This document shows, piece after piece, positions 8,823 to 19,154 of a stretch of 48,695 bases of DNA; positions within the stretch are counted from its first letter, which is position 1; each line of letters starts with the position of its first letter. Position numbers and translations under genes: made by a program. The stretch lies in sequence record SRR31156797_7961, one strand, 5' to 3'. The notes beneath the pieces are model-generated. The model searched no databases and was not told where the DNA came from. It saw nothing but the letters and a program-made list of their open reading frames with translations.

Positions 8823-10655
8823 TCAACCGTTGAATATCTTCAAATAGGACTTAAGCCCATTATAGACACCAGCGGCTATCTTCTTTCTGTATTTTTTTGT
8901 TTTTAAAACTTTCGCTTCATTTCGGTTAGACACAAAACCCGCCTCTACAAGCACCGCAGGCATTTTCGCACCTACTAGAACGTAAAACGGAGCCTGCTTC
9001 ACTCCGAGGTTGTACTTCCTCGACTTATAAAGATTCTTATGAAGAGCCTTCTGAACAAATGATGCAAGCTGTAGTGATTCCTCAAGCTTAGAGTTCAGCA
9101 TAATATCTTTCAGAATACCCTGAAGGTCAGACATAGATTTCTCTGTTGTCTGGTTCTCAAAAGCGGCAACCTCGAGCGCCTTCTTATCGTTAGTAACGTT
9201 AAGAACATATGTCTCGACACCACGAGCTCTCTTATTTGGTGCGGCATTCACATGGATAGAGATGAACATATCCGCCTTCTTCCTGTTAGCAAAAGCTGTA
9301 CGTGCCTCAAGAGGGATGAAGACATCTCTGTTACGTGTTAGGTAAACATTCATATCCTTGTGATTCTTTTTAATTAGCCTGTAAAGCTCTTTACCTATAT
9401 CAAGAACAACATCTTTCTCTTTCAGTTTATAATATGTAGCCCCTGGGTCTTTACCGCCGTGACCAGGATCGATAACGATTGTATTAATCTTAAGCCCGAA
9501 AACGCTGGCGAGCGTTCCGCCGTTATTACCCGGCTGTTTAACCTTTGTTCCGGTCGGAACCTTTCTGGTTGTTGATTTATAAGGTGTGCCCTTGCTGGTT
9601 GACGAAGCAACGGTAAGCTTTTTATTTTTAATAGGAGTACCGCTGACGTCCACAACAATCCTGTGAGGGTTTGTCATAGCAAATACGGTAAAGTCTTTAA
9701 CACTGTCACTATCGAGGACAACTCTAGCCACGCCCGGCCTGTTATATGCCCAGCGGAGTGAGCTGAGGAGTCCGTCTTTAATGTTTATATCCTTCGGGAT
9801 TTCTGAGGACATAACGGCATCTTCGATATCGAGGAAAAGCCTAGGCGGCTTATTATATTCCGGATTAGCTTTCAGCCAGTGCTTTTCAAAATTCGCCTTA
9901 CCAGTGAGGTCGAGAACCACACGGGTGTAATCATCAGTGGAGAAATACCTAACTCTCTTAACAGCCACCCTGCCGGATGGAACAGGTATCTTTTTATTGA
10001 TGTTACCGTAGGCTACTTCCTTTGAGCCATTGGTTGAAGCATCTTCTGTATCTTCAGCCGTATCAGCAGGTTCCTCTTTTGGTATATCCTTTGTCATTGC
10101 AGGCGCAAAAGGTTTCTTCTCAGGTTTTTTCGTCTCCGCAGTTTCAGTAGGCTTGCTGTCAGCATAAAGTGACTTTTCAAATCTCTTCTCTATCTCTGCG
10201 AGGCGTTTCTGCGCTGTCTTTGCATCCTCAGTGTTAGGGAACCTGATCATCAGCTTTTTCAGCATATATCTTGCAGATGGGAAGTCCTTCTGTTCAGCAT
10301 ATAGCTTTGCCGATTGCAAATAGGCTAGCGATGCCAGCCTTGTCTGATAGTTAGATGCCAGCAGTTTCAGATTTTTCATCGCCGAGAGAAGGTCAGCTCT
10401 CTGCTTATATCTTACATATCCACGATAATAAGTCTGGGCTGTGTAATGAAGTGAATCATCAGCCAGCTTACCATTTGGATCTCTCTGGTAAATTTTGTAG
10501 AATTTTTTCGCAACGATATGGTACGACTTTCTCGACACCTTGTCGGAATGCTCAATATATTTAAAATCTTTTTTCGCAGACTGGTACTCCTCAATATTTG
10601 CAAAAGCAAAAGAGGCTATTAGAACCAGCGCCAAACAGAGAATCAATTTTCTCAT
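8823..10655 (-). CDS. N-acetylmuramoyl-L-alanine amidase (TPR-like + AMIN + Amidase_3)
   Basis: Signal peptide, TPR-like N-terminus, AMIN-like TRVVLDL/RIVVDV, catalytic IDPGHGGKDPGA, SIHVNA, LVEAGFVSN. Confidence 0.93.
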   Translation of the reverse strand: MRKLILCLALVLIASFAFANIEEYQSAKKDFKYIEHSDKVSRKSYHIVAKKFYKIYQRDPNGKLADDSLHYTAQTYYRGYVRYKQRADLLSAMKNLKLLASNYQTRLASLAYLQSAKLYAEQKDFPSARYMLKKLMIRFPNTEDAKTAQKRLAEIEKRFEKSLYADSKPTETAETKKPEKKPFAPAMTKDIPKEEPADTAEDTEDASTNGSKEVAYGNINKKIPVPSGRVAVKRVRYFSTDDYTRVVLDLTGKANFEKHWLKANPEYNKPPRLFLDIEDAVMSSEIPKDINIKDGLLSSLRWAYNRPGVARVVLDSDSVKDFTVFAMTNPHRIVVDVSGTPIKNKKLTVASSTSKGTPYKSTTRKVPTGTKVKQPGNNGGTLASVFGLKINTIVIDPGHGGKDPGATYYKLKEKDVVLDIGKELYRLIKKNHKDMNVYLTRNRDVFIPLEARTAFANRKKADMFISIHVNAAPNKRARGVETYVLNVTNDKKALEVAAFENQTTEKSMSDLQGILKDIMLNSKLEESLQLASFVQKALHKNLYKSRKYNLGVKQAPFYVLVGAKMPAVLVEAGFVSNRNEAKVLKTKKYRKKIAAGVYNGLKSYLKIFNG

Positions 10656-13468
10656 TTAATAAGTTTACCCTTCAAGTATTTACCGGTATAGGAGTCTTTG
10701 CACTCTGCACACCCCTCCGGTGTACCCTCAAATATGATCTCGCCGCCGCCTTCGCCACCCTCCGGTCCGAGGTCGACAATATGGTCAGCGCACTTGATCA
10801 CATCAAGGTTATGTTCGATGATAATTACTGTATTTCCGCTGTCTGTGAGACGGCTGAAAATCTTCACCAATTTGTTTATATCATCAAAATGCAGTCCTGT
10901 CGTCGGTTCATCAAAGATATATAAAGTTTTTCCAGTAGGCTTTTTCATAAGCTCTTTCGCAAGCTTAACTCTTTGCGCCTCTCCACCTGAGAGAGTCGTT
11001 GCCGGCTGACCAAGTTTTATATACCCAAGCCCCACATCTTTTAAGACAGAGAGCTTATTCTTTAATTTCGGAATATTTTCGAAAAACTCAAATGATTGAT
11101 TTACAGTCATGTCCAAAACATCTGCGATATTCTGTCCTTTATACTTGATATCAAGGGTATCACGGTTATATCTTTTCCCTTGGCAAGCGTCACATTTTAC
11201 ATACATATCAGGCAGAAAGTGCATCTCAATCTTAATATACCCCTCTCCGGAGCATGTTTCACATCGACCGCCCTTCGCACCTTTCACGTTAAAGCTGAAA
11301 CGGCTCATCTTATAGCCACGAACTTTCGCATCCTGTGTCATGGTGAAAATCTCACGGATATCAGTAAAGATTCCTGTATAGGTTGACGGGTTCGAACGTG
11401 GAGTTCTCCCTATTGGTGACTGGTCAATATCTATAACCTTATCAAGCTGCTCAACACCGTCAAGAGTTTCAAAAGCCCCGCTACGCACATTGTTCCTGAG
11501 TAGCCTCTTCTTAAGCGCTGCCTGAAGTGTATCCATAATGAGTGTTGATTTACCCGAACCTGAAACGCCTGTTACGCATATGTTAAGTCCGAGTGGAATT
11601 TTCAGGTCAACATTTTTAAGATTGTTCTCTGTGGCTCCTTTCAGCTCTATGTAGCGACCGTCGTGCTCTTTACGCTTTTCAGGAATTTCTATCTTTTTAA
11701 TATCAGAAAGATACTGACCTGTAAGTGATTCTTCGCAGTGCTTAAGCTCTTCAGGATGCCCTGCAAAAACAGCCTCGCCACCCTTACGCCCGGCGCCTGG
11801 TCCCATATCAATAATATAGTCTGATGCTGCGATAGTATCCTCGTCATGTTCAACAACAATAAGCGAGTTTCCTATATCACGGAGATTTTTCAGCGTAGCG
11901 ATCAGCATATCATTATCACGCTGGTGCAGACCGATACTAGGCTCATCAAGAACGTATAAGACATCTGTCAGGCCAGAGCCTATCTGTGTCGCAAGCCTGA
12001 TACGCTGAGCCTCCCCACCGGAGAGTGTCGATGCCTTGCGCTCAAGAGTAATATAGCTGAGTCCAACATCATTAAGGAATTTCAGCCTGCGTTTTATCTC
12101 ATTTATAATCTTTTCAGCTACATCTATAATATAGCCGTCAAATGTCACACCTTCGAAAAAATCGAGAGTTTCACGTACATTCATAGACGAAACTTCCGAA
12201 ATATTCTTATCCCCGATGAAGACTGATAAGCTTGTCCGCTTGAGCCTCGCACCGTTACATGAAGGGCAGTTCTGAGAGGACATATACTTTTTCACAAAGT
12301 CCCTGTCAGCCTGTGTTCCCGTATACATCTTCTCTTTAAGGTAGCCGTAGATACCGGTAAATCTCTTCTCGTAGAAAACCTTCTTTTCGCCCTTAAAGGT
12401 GAACATCTTTATAGGTTTTTCAAGTCCTTCGAACATAACCTTTTTATTCTCGTCAGAAAGTTCTTTGAAGGGGACATTCATATCTATGCCAAACTGCTCA
12501 GAGAGAGCTATGAGTGTATTATAAAAATGGAAATTATCAAAATCAGCCCAAGGCTCCATAGCTCCCTCACGGATACTGATAGAGTCATCAGGCACAATGG
12601 ATTCCTGATCGAAAACCTGCATCTCACCAAGCCCTTCGCACTCAGGGCAAGCACCAAAAGGGTTGTTAAATGAAAAACTTCTCGGTTCTATCTCTTCTAT
12701 GCTTATATCACAATCGGGGCATGTAAACTTCTGTGAGTAAAGGTCGCTCTTCTCATCTTTCATCACTTCGACTAGACCGTCACCAAGATCGAGAGCAGCC
12801 TCAATAGAATCAGTTAGCCTTCTGCTGATCCCGTCTCTGATCTTAACCCTGTCGATCACAACTGATATGCTGTGCTTAACCTGCTTATCAAGCTCAATAG
12901 GCTCTTCTAGGCGCTTAACCTCACCATCAACCACCGCACGGACATATCCATCTTTAAGCAGTTTCTCAATAAGTTTTTTATGCTCGCCCTTCTTACCTCT
13001 GATAACAGGTGAGAGGATCTCAACCTTTGTATCTTCATCAAGTGACAGCACTCTATCGACTATCGCCTGTACGGAGAATGACTGCACCTTTTTGCCACAA
13101 ACAGGGCAGTGGACTGCACCGGCACGTGCGTATAAAAGCCGCATATAGTCATATATCTCAGTGATAGTTCCGACTGTTGACCTGGGGTTTCTGCTGATTG
13201 ATTTCTGTTCGATACTTATGGCTGGTGAAAGATATTCAATAGAATCCACATCAGGCTTTTCCATCATCTCCAGGAACTGTCTGGCGTAAGCAGATAGTGA
13301 CTCCACATAACGCCTCTGCCCCTCTGCATAAAGGGTATCAAACGCTAGCGTAGACTTCCCTGAGCCGGATACACCTGTAATAACCACGAGTTTATTTTTA
13401 GGGATTTTTAGATCTATATTCTTAAGGTTGTGCTGTCTCGCACCCTTAATAATTATATGGTCGTTCAT
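10652..13468 (-). CDS. uvrA: Excinuclease ABC subunit A
   Basis: GARQHNLKN, two GVSGSGKS Walker A motifs, LSGGEAQR x2, Zn fingers. Confidence 0.98.
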   Translation of the reverse strand: MNDHIIIKGARQHNLKNIDLKIPKNKLVVITGVSGSGKSTLAFDTLYAEGQRRYVESLSAYARQFLEMMEKPDVDSIEYLSPAISIEQKSISRNPRSTVGTITEIYDYMRLLYARAGAVHCPVCGKKVQSFSVQAIVDRVLSLDEDTKVEILSPVIRGKKGEHKKLIEKLLKDGYVRAVVDGEVKRLEEPIELDKQVKHSISVVIDRVKIRDGISRRLTDSIEAALDLGDGLVEVMKDEKSDLYSQKFTCPDCDISIEEIEPRSFSFNNPFGACPECEGLGEMQVFDQESIVPDDSISIREGAMEPWADFDNFHFYNTLIALSEQFGIDMNVPFKELSDENKKVMFEGLEKPIKMFTFKGEKKVFYEKRFTGIYGYLKEKMYTGTQADRDFVKKYMSSQNCPSCNGARLKRTSLSVFIGDKNISEVSSMNVRETLDFFEGVTFDGYIIDVAEKIINEIKRRLKFLNDVGLSYITLERKASTLSGGEAQRIRLATQIGSGLTDVLYVLDEPSIGLHQRDNDMLIATLKNLRDIGNSLIVVEHDEDTIAASDYIIDMGPGAGRKGGEAVFAGHPEELKHCEESLTGQYLSDIKKIEIPEKRKEHDGRYIELKGATENNLKNVDLKIPLGLNICVTGVSGSGKSTLIMDTLQAALKKRLLRNNVRSGAFETLDGVEQLDKVIDIDQSPIGRTPRSNPSTYTGIFTDIREIFTMTQDAKVRGYKMSRFSFNVKGAKGGRCETCSGEGYIKIEMHFLPDMYVKCDACQGKRYNRDTLDIKYKGQNIADVLDMTVNQSFEFFENIPKLKNKLSVLKDVGLGYIKLGQPATTLSGGEAQRVKLAKELMKKPTGKTLYIFDEPTTGLHFDDINKLVKIFSRLTDSGNTVIIIEHNLDVIKCADHIVDLGPEGGEGGGEIIFEGTPEGCAECKDSYTGKYLKGKLIK

Positions 13469-15007
13469 TTACTGCCAGTCTTGGTCTTCCAGTGAAACGC
13501 CTTTTATCTCCTGATATTTATCCTCGAAATAATAGACAACGTTTAACTGGTTTTCTCGCACGCTTATCTTCTCTCTATACATCTGTATGTCGAGCCCGCC
13601 GTGCAGCTCACCTTTAACCTTAAGCTTAGGCTTCGGGTGGTTTGCTTCTTTTATGAGTTTTTTCATCTTATCTTCCACATCTTTAATCTTAGCGTCAATC
13701 TGCTTACGCATGGTGATAAGCTGCCTTACTTTAGGGTTTGCAAGTACCTCTTTACTTTTAAGATTAACACTTCCGAGGAATTCATCAATCTTCGCCTTGT
13801 TCTCTTCAAACTTGACGATGGTCAGCTTAAGAGCTTCAAGATCAGCAGCGAAGTAATACTTCGTACCTATTGTCATGAGGAATCTCGAATTACCTGTTGT
13901 TCCAGCCTGATTGATACGCACCTCTTCGAATGCGACTACCTCGCCGCCGGCAATAACGCCAGGATCTTTCAGCGCCTCAAGGTATCCACCTGTTCTCAGT
14001 TTCGAGTGATAAGCGTACTTCAGCACTTCAATATTACCCTTCGCCTCTATGACTGCACCGTCAGCATAGCCGACAGTAACGTCACCTTTAGCTTTCACAT
14101 AACCTTTCTGCTCACCTTTGATTCCAAGCTTTATTACGATATTGCCCCCCGCCTCTAAAAAGGCGTCCTGAACAATACCTTCTACGAATATATCCTTCTC
14201 AGCTTTAATTCTAAAACCTGAAAGAACGTCATTTTTTATATGAACACTTCCGTTGAAGACTATATTACCCGAACCGTAGTCAACATTACCTTTAACAACG
14301 TAGACAGGATTAACTTCAAGTGTGTTTTTAGCGAAAGTAACACAACCATCCGTTTCAGCATAAAACTCTGAACCGTCTTTATCTTCACGAACTCCCTCAC
14401 CTATGCTGATACTGGTATCAACACCCGGCTCAGGCGGTATCTCCTGATTCCTTACGCTAAGCCCGCGAACACCAATCGTCGCAGGTTTTCTGGTAAGGAG
14501 CAGGTCGCCCTCGTTAACTATTCTGATATTATCAACATTTTTATAGTCAACACGTCCGTTCGCAAGAATTTTCGGTGTGTTTTTTATCGGATCGAAATTC
14601 AGTATAACCTGTGAATTTTTTCCATGAATAGGCTCTACACCTTCGGCTACAACAACGCCTTCGGAGATACCGCCCTCGTTACAAAGCTTAACGACACTTT
14701 CAACAGATTCTCTATGTATATTTACAGTTACATGCTCTTCCTGAAGAAGCTCAAATATCCTATCAGAGTTGAGATCAGCACCTTTATTAATTGGAGGATA
14801 AACGTTAACTACTGCTTTCAGCCCATCGTCAGGAATTTCAAGTTCAGCAGACGCATCAACACTTTTATCTGAAGTAATCTTAACAACTATCTTGCCAGAG
14901 TCATCTCTGGACATGATGAAATCACTGACATCCAGCCCGTAAACCTGTTCAACTAATTTGGCAACCCCGCCTTCAGCTTTACTTGTGTAATTCTTTAAAA
15001 GATTCAT
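13469..15007 (-). CDS. FapA/DUF342 family flagellar assembly protein
   Basis: [34 protein letters not shown] beta-solenoid repeats, C-terminal coiled coil. Confidence 0.85.
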   Translation of the reverse strand: MNLLKNYTSKAEGGVAKLVEQVYGLDVSDFIMSRDDSGKIVVKITSDKSVDASAELEIPDDGLKAVVNVYPPINKGADLNSDRIFELLQEEHVTVNIHRESVESVVKLCNEGGISEGVVVAEGVEPIHGKNSQVILNFDPIKNTPKILANGRVDYKNVDNIRIVNEGDLLLTRKPATIGVRGLSVRNQEIPPEPGVDTSISIGEGVREDKDGSEFYAETDGCVTFAKNTLEVNPVYVVKGNVDYGSGNIVFNGSVHIKNDVLSGFRIKAEKDIFVEGIVQDAFLEAGGNIVIKLGIKGEQKGYVKAKGDVTVGYADGAVIEAKGNIEVLKYAYHSKLRTGGYLEALKDPGVIAGGEVVAFEEVRINQAGTTGNSRFLMTIGTKYYFAADLEALKLTIVKFEENKAKIDEFLGSVNLKSKEVLANPKVRQLITMRKQIDAKIKDVEDKMKKLIKEANHPKPKLKVKGELHGGLDIQMYREKISVRENQLNVVYYFEDKYQEIKGVSLEDQDWQ

Positions 15008-16133
15008 AGTTATTTGGTATCCTTACTGTAAATTCAGTGTAAGCGCCCTCTTCTGAATTTACATTTATTGTGCCGTTATGTGCTTCAACTATCATCTTAA
15101 CAATGGCGAGCCCGAGCCCGGTTCCCTTCGCCTTGCCTGAGGTAAAAAACGGCTGAAAGAGCTTGGCAATATGATCCTCAGGGATACCTCTGCCAGTGTC
15201 TCTAACTTTAAATAAGCAATACTCACCATCTTTTTCAGACGTGAGGCTAACACTCCCTTTATTCCCCAGTGCATCGATCGCATTCGACACGAGATTAAAA
15301 ATAACTCTAAACAGCTTGCCCCTGTCAACATTCATTAACAGATCATCTTTTGGGCATACCTCGACATCAATCTCAGTATCATTTGTCATTATTCTAGCAT
15401 GTTTAGCAATTTCTGCAAACATTTCGGAAATTTTAAACTTCTCAAGATTGATGGATACTCTCTGCCTTGAAAAGTCAAGTAAATCAAGGGTTAACCCGTG
15501 AATACGCTTCACTTCCGAGTGTATTGCATCGATGTATTCCTGCATCTCAGGATCAAGGTTTTCCTGAAGATCTATAAGCTCTAAATAGGATTGAACAATA
15601 TTAAGAAGGTTCTTAATATCGTGGGCTATTGAGGAATTAAGCATACCTATCACACGCAGATTTTCACTCTTACGCATATCGTGATAAATATTGAACCTGT
15701 CAACGCCGAGAGCGCACTGCGAAGCTATGTATCTCGCAACTTTAACGTCAGTATCGTTAAAGAAATCGCCCTCTTTATCTGTAAGGTTTAAAACGCCCAA
15801 GATTTTATCTTCTTTCTTAAGGGGTACAGACATGAACGAAGACGCATGATATCCCAGCTCTTCACGGCTTTCGTCAGTATGGTTAACCATAACCTCAAAG
15901 CCAGTCTTAGCAACTTTTCCGGCGATACCCTCCCCAAGCTTGATCTTAACCGTATCATAGTCAACATCAAAGCCGGCGTGTGCATACATCTTAAGGACAT
16001 CATCCTCAATAAGCATGAGCGATATACGCTTCACATCCAGATATTCCTTAGCAATGTTAATAATCGCAGGGAGCAGGTTGTGTATCTCAAAAACACTGTT
16101 CATCTTTTCGGAGATCTCTACGAGAACCTCCAT
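14979..16133 (-). CDS. Cytoplasmic GAF-domain sensor histidine kinase
   Basis: GAF (GEGIAGKVA, SFMSVPL, LGVLNL), H-box IAHDIKNLL, N-box NLVSNAIDA, DTGRGI, GTGLGL; no TM segment. Confidence 0.92.
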   Translation of the reverse strand: MEVLVEISEKMNSVFEIHNLLPAIINIAKEYLDVKRISLMLIEDDVLKMYAHAGFDVDYDTVKIKLGEGIAGKVAKTGFEVMVNHTDESREELGYHASSFMSVPLKKEDKILGVLNLTDKEGDFFNDTDVKVARYIASQCALGVDRFNIYHDMRKSENLRVIGMLNSSIAHDIKNLLNIVQSYLELIDLQENLDPEMQEYIDAIHSEVKRIHGLTLDLLDFSRQRVSINLEKFKISEMFAEIAKHARIMTNDTEIDVEVCPKDDLLMNVDRGKLFRVIFNLVSNAIDALGNKGSVSLTSEKDGEYCLFKVRDTGRGIPEDHIAKLFQPFFTSGKAKGTGLGLAIVKMIVEAHNGTINVNSEEGAYTEFTVRIPNNYESFKELHK

Positions 16134-16144
16134 AAAATCTCTTT

Positions 16145-17173
16145 TCAGTCTAAATACCTCAAAATGTTATATTCCATATCCCTCTGAGCAGGTCTGAAAC
16201 CGGCACGGGAGATGGTGTTCTTTATCTCATCGACACTCATGCGGAACGATGCCCCACAAGCTGCGACGACATTCTCTTCTATCATAAGTGAGCCAAAATC
16301 GTTACCACCAAAAAAGAGGGCTGTCTGCCCTGTCTTAGGTCCCTGTGTAACCCATGATACCTGAATATTAGGTATGTTATCAAGGTAAAGACGACTTATG
16401 GCGAGCACCCTGAGGTATTCCACAGCAGAAACATGCCCGCCTCCTAGCTCGGTATTATCCGGCTGAAAAGGCCAGGGAATAAAAGCGGTAAAACCACCGG
16501 TCTTATCCTGCTGAACACGTATTCTGTCGAGATGCTCAATTATCTGCTCTTCAGAATCTTCCCTTTTAAACATCATAGTAGCTGTTGTTTTCATACCCAG
16601 ATTATGGGCATCTTCCATAACTGAGAGCCACTTAGCTGTTGAAATCTTATTCGGGCTAATCTTCTTTCGCTCCTCATCAATGAGAAGCTCCGCCCCTGCT
16701 CCGGGGATGCTGTCCAGCCCGGCAGCATGTAAACGCTTAATAGTATTTTCGACACTTAAATCAGAAAGCTTAGCTATATGTGCTATCTCGGGTGCAGAAA
16801 ATCCGTGAATCCAGACGCCCAAGTCTTTCATAAATTTAAGCATATCTTCATAAAATTTAATAGGTAAATCAGGATGCAGTCCACCCTGCAAAAGAACCTG
16901 AGTTCCGCCTAATGATTTTGTCTCTTCTATCTTCTGCCTGAGCGTCTCTCTGTCCATAACATAAGCATCTTTATCTTCAGCATCACGGTAAAATGCACAA
17001 AACGAGCATTTACAAGTACAGATATTAGTATAATTGATGTTTCTATCTATGACAAAAGTCACACAGCCTTCAGGGTGGAGCTCCTTGCGGGCATCGTCAG
17101 CCAACTTCGCAAGCTCCATAAGGTCAGCACTCTTGAGCAGTTCAACAGCTTTATCAAAGGTCAATCTTTCCAA
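16145..17173 (-). CDS. mqnC: Cyclic dehypoxanthinyl futalosine synthase (radical SAM)
   Basis: DRNINYTNICTCKCSFCAFYR, LLQGG, SWVTQG, GNDFGSLMIEENVV. Confidence 0.9.
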   Translation of the reverse strand: MERLTFDKAVELLKSADLMELAKLADDARKELHPEGCVTFVIDRNINYTNICTCKCSFCAFYRDAEDKDAYVMDRETLRQKIEETKSLGGTQVLLQGGLHPDLPIKFYEDMLKFMKDLGVWIHGFSAPEIAHIAKLSDLSVENTIKRLHAAGLDSIPGAGAELLIDEERKKISPNKISTAKWLSVMEDAHNLGMKTTATMMFKREDSEEQIIEHLDRIRVQQDKTGGFTAFIPWPFQPDNTELGGGHVSAVEYLRVLAISRLYLDNIPNIQVSWVTQGPKTGQTALFFGGNDFGSLMIEENVVAACGASFRMSVDEIKNTISRAGFRPAQRDMEYNILRYLD

Positions 17174-17288
17174 AAGTCAGCTCCAGTAACAAATTAGTGA
17201 GTAAATATTCTACATATCACAACTGATAAATGAAAGTTTTTTCTGTTTATGTCGTTGTAATTATCCTCTCCAGACAATAATATGTAAT

Positions 17289-18062
17289 ATGTTTGAATTC
17301 CTGTTTTACCCAGACACACTTGTTAGCTATTTAATGGTCGCCACCAGAGTCGCTGCGATACTTTTTGCAGTCCCCTTTTTCGGCAGTACCGTCATTAAGC
17401 CGCACATACGGTTTGTGCTTGCCATGCTGATAGCTTTCCTTATATTCCCGGGTATAGAAGCCATGCCTTACGGTAACCTTCCGACAGGTATACTTATCAC
17501 CCTTATGCTTAAAGAGATTTTAGTGGGGGTATGCATAGGGATCATGTCCCACTTCCTCTTTGTTGGGGCGCAGATGGGCGGTCAGATAGCGGGTATCCAG
17601 ATGGGGTTCGGTATGGTTAATATTATGGACCCGCAAACACATACAAACCTGTCCATCATCGCATCTTTCCTCAATATCTGCATGTTACTTATTTTTATAA
17701 CCGTCGGAGGGCACTTCCTTGTCATAGGTGCTATATCCGAATCTTTCAGGTTTATCCCGCTTGGCGGAGGCGACATCTCTCCCCTCGCATTCGAATACAT
17801 TGTTAAGCTTTTTACTTTCGTTTTTCTCACAGCTTTTAAAATTATGGCTCCGGTACTTGTCACTCTGCTCTGGTTCTCAACTGTGATGGCTATAATGGGT
17901 AAGCTCGCACCGCAGATAAATCTCATGATGGTGGGATTTCCTGCTAAAATAACAGTAGGACTCTTTGTATTAGCTTTAAGTATGGACTATTTCCTCATAG
18001 TATTTGAAAAGATCATGCTCAGATACTTCGAAGAGATAGCAAATATAATCAGGATGTTTTAA
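17289..18062 (+). CDS. fliR: Flagellar export apparatus protein FliR
   Basis: Multi-TM protein, QMGFG...DP, APQINLMMVGFP; precedes flhB. Confidence 0.95.
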   Translation: MFEFLFYPDTLVSYLMVATRVAAILFAVPFFGSTVIKPHIRFVLAMLIAFLIFPGIEAMPYGNLPTGILITLMLKEILVGVCIGIMSHFLFVGAQMGGQIAGIQMGFGMVNIMDPQTHTNLSIIASFLNICMLLIFITVGGHFLVIGAISESFRFIPLGGGDISPLAFEYIVKLFTFVFLTAFKIMAPVLVTLLWFSTVMAIMGKLAPQINLMMVGFPAKITVGLFVLALSMDYFLIVFEKIMLRYFEEIANIIRMF

Positions 18063-19120
18063 TGGCCGGAAGCGACGAAGAAAAAACCGAAGACCCCACG
18101 GGGAAAAAACTTAATGATGCCAAAAACGAAGGGAACGTCGGTCAGAGCCGAGAAGTACCTTCCGCTTTTATGCTGCTTGGGGTGACTGGTTTTCTATACT
18201 TCTACGCACCTTACCTTATGAGAGGGCTTGGAAATATTCTCCGTGAAATATTCATGCTGACCAACTATGAGGTAAACACTCAGTCTGTTCATATACTTAT
18301 GGTCAACAGCGGTATGGCAGCAGCAAAGCTTCTCGCCCCATTCCTCCTTGTTGTGCTCGTTATCGGTGTTTTCTCAAACGTAATACAGGTCGGGTTCATC
18401 TTCACACCAAAGGCTATCGCCTTTAAGCTTGAAAAACTCGACCCTATAAAGGGTATGGGCAAATTCTTCTCTAAGAAGAGCCTTGTTGAGCTTATTAAGT
18501 CTCTGTTCAAGGTTTTTGTTGTAGGCTATGTCGCCTATCTTATTGTCAGGTCAAAGATGGGAACTGTTATCACACTTGCGGATATGGACATATACGCCAT
18601 TGTAAAATTCCTTGCTATGGTAGTCTTCGAAATACTGTGGAAGATAAGCCTGCTCGCTTTTCTGATGGCTGTCATAGATTACTTTTATCAGAAGTGGCAA
18701 TACAAACAGGACCTGAAGATGAGTAAGCACGAAGTTAAAGAAGAGAGGAAACAGGCAGAGGGTGACCCGCACATCAAAGGTAAGATCAGAACCATGCAGA
18801 GAGAGATGGCTAGAAAGCGGATGATGGATGACGTTCCTCAGTCTGACGTAGTCGTCACCAACCCGACACACTTTGCAGTAGCTTTAAGATATACCCCGGG
18901 CAGTGACAGAGCGCCTATCGTTCTGGCAAAAGGGCAAAGACTTATAGCACTAAGGATAAGAGAGATAGCGAAAGAATCAGGGGTATTAGTTCACGAAGAT
19001 CCGCCTATCGCCAGATCGCTTTTCAAAACGGTTGACATAGGTGACGAAATACCTGAAAATCTCTATAAGGCAGTGGCGGAAATTCTTGCACTTGTAGACA
19101 AATTCAAAAAGCCGGCCTGA
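18062..19120 (+). CDS. flhB: Flagellar biosynthesis protein FlhB
   Basis: EKTEDPT N-terminus, KMSKHEVKEE..EGDP, autocleavage site NPTH. Confidence 0.97.
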   Translation: MAGSDEEKTEDPTGKKLNDAKNEGNVGQSREVPSAFMLLGVTGFLYFYAPYLMRGLGNILREIFMLTNYEVNTQSVHILMVNSGMAAAKLLAPFLLVVLVIGVFSNVIQVGFIFTPKAIAFKLEKLDPIKGMGKFFSKKSLVELIKSLFKVFVVGYVAYLIVRSKMGTVITLADMDIYAIVKFLAMVVFEILWKISLLAFLMAVIDYFYQKWQYKQDLKMSKHEVKEERKQAEGDPHIKGKIRTMQREMARKRMMDDVPQSDVVVTNPTHFAVALRYTPGSDRAPIVLAKGQRLIALRIREIAKESGVLVHEDPPIARSLFKTVDIGDEIPENLYKAVAEILALVDKFKKPA

Positions 19121-19154
19121 TAGTTTTATATTCACTCCTTGAGGTTTTATATAG

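Noticed and set aside
11268-11290. Three-residue insertion in UvrA (VKGAKGGRC)
   Set aside because: Small in-frame loop variation beside a Zn finger; no basis for a functional claim
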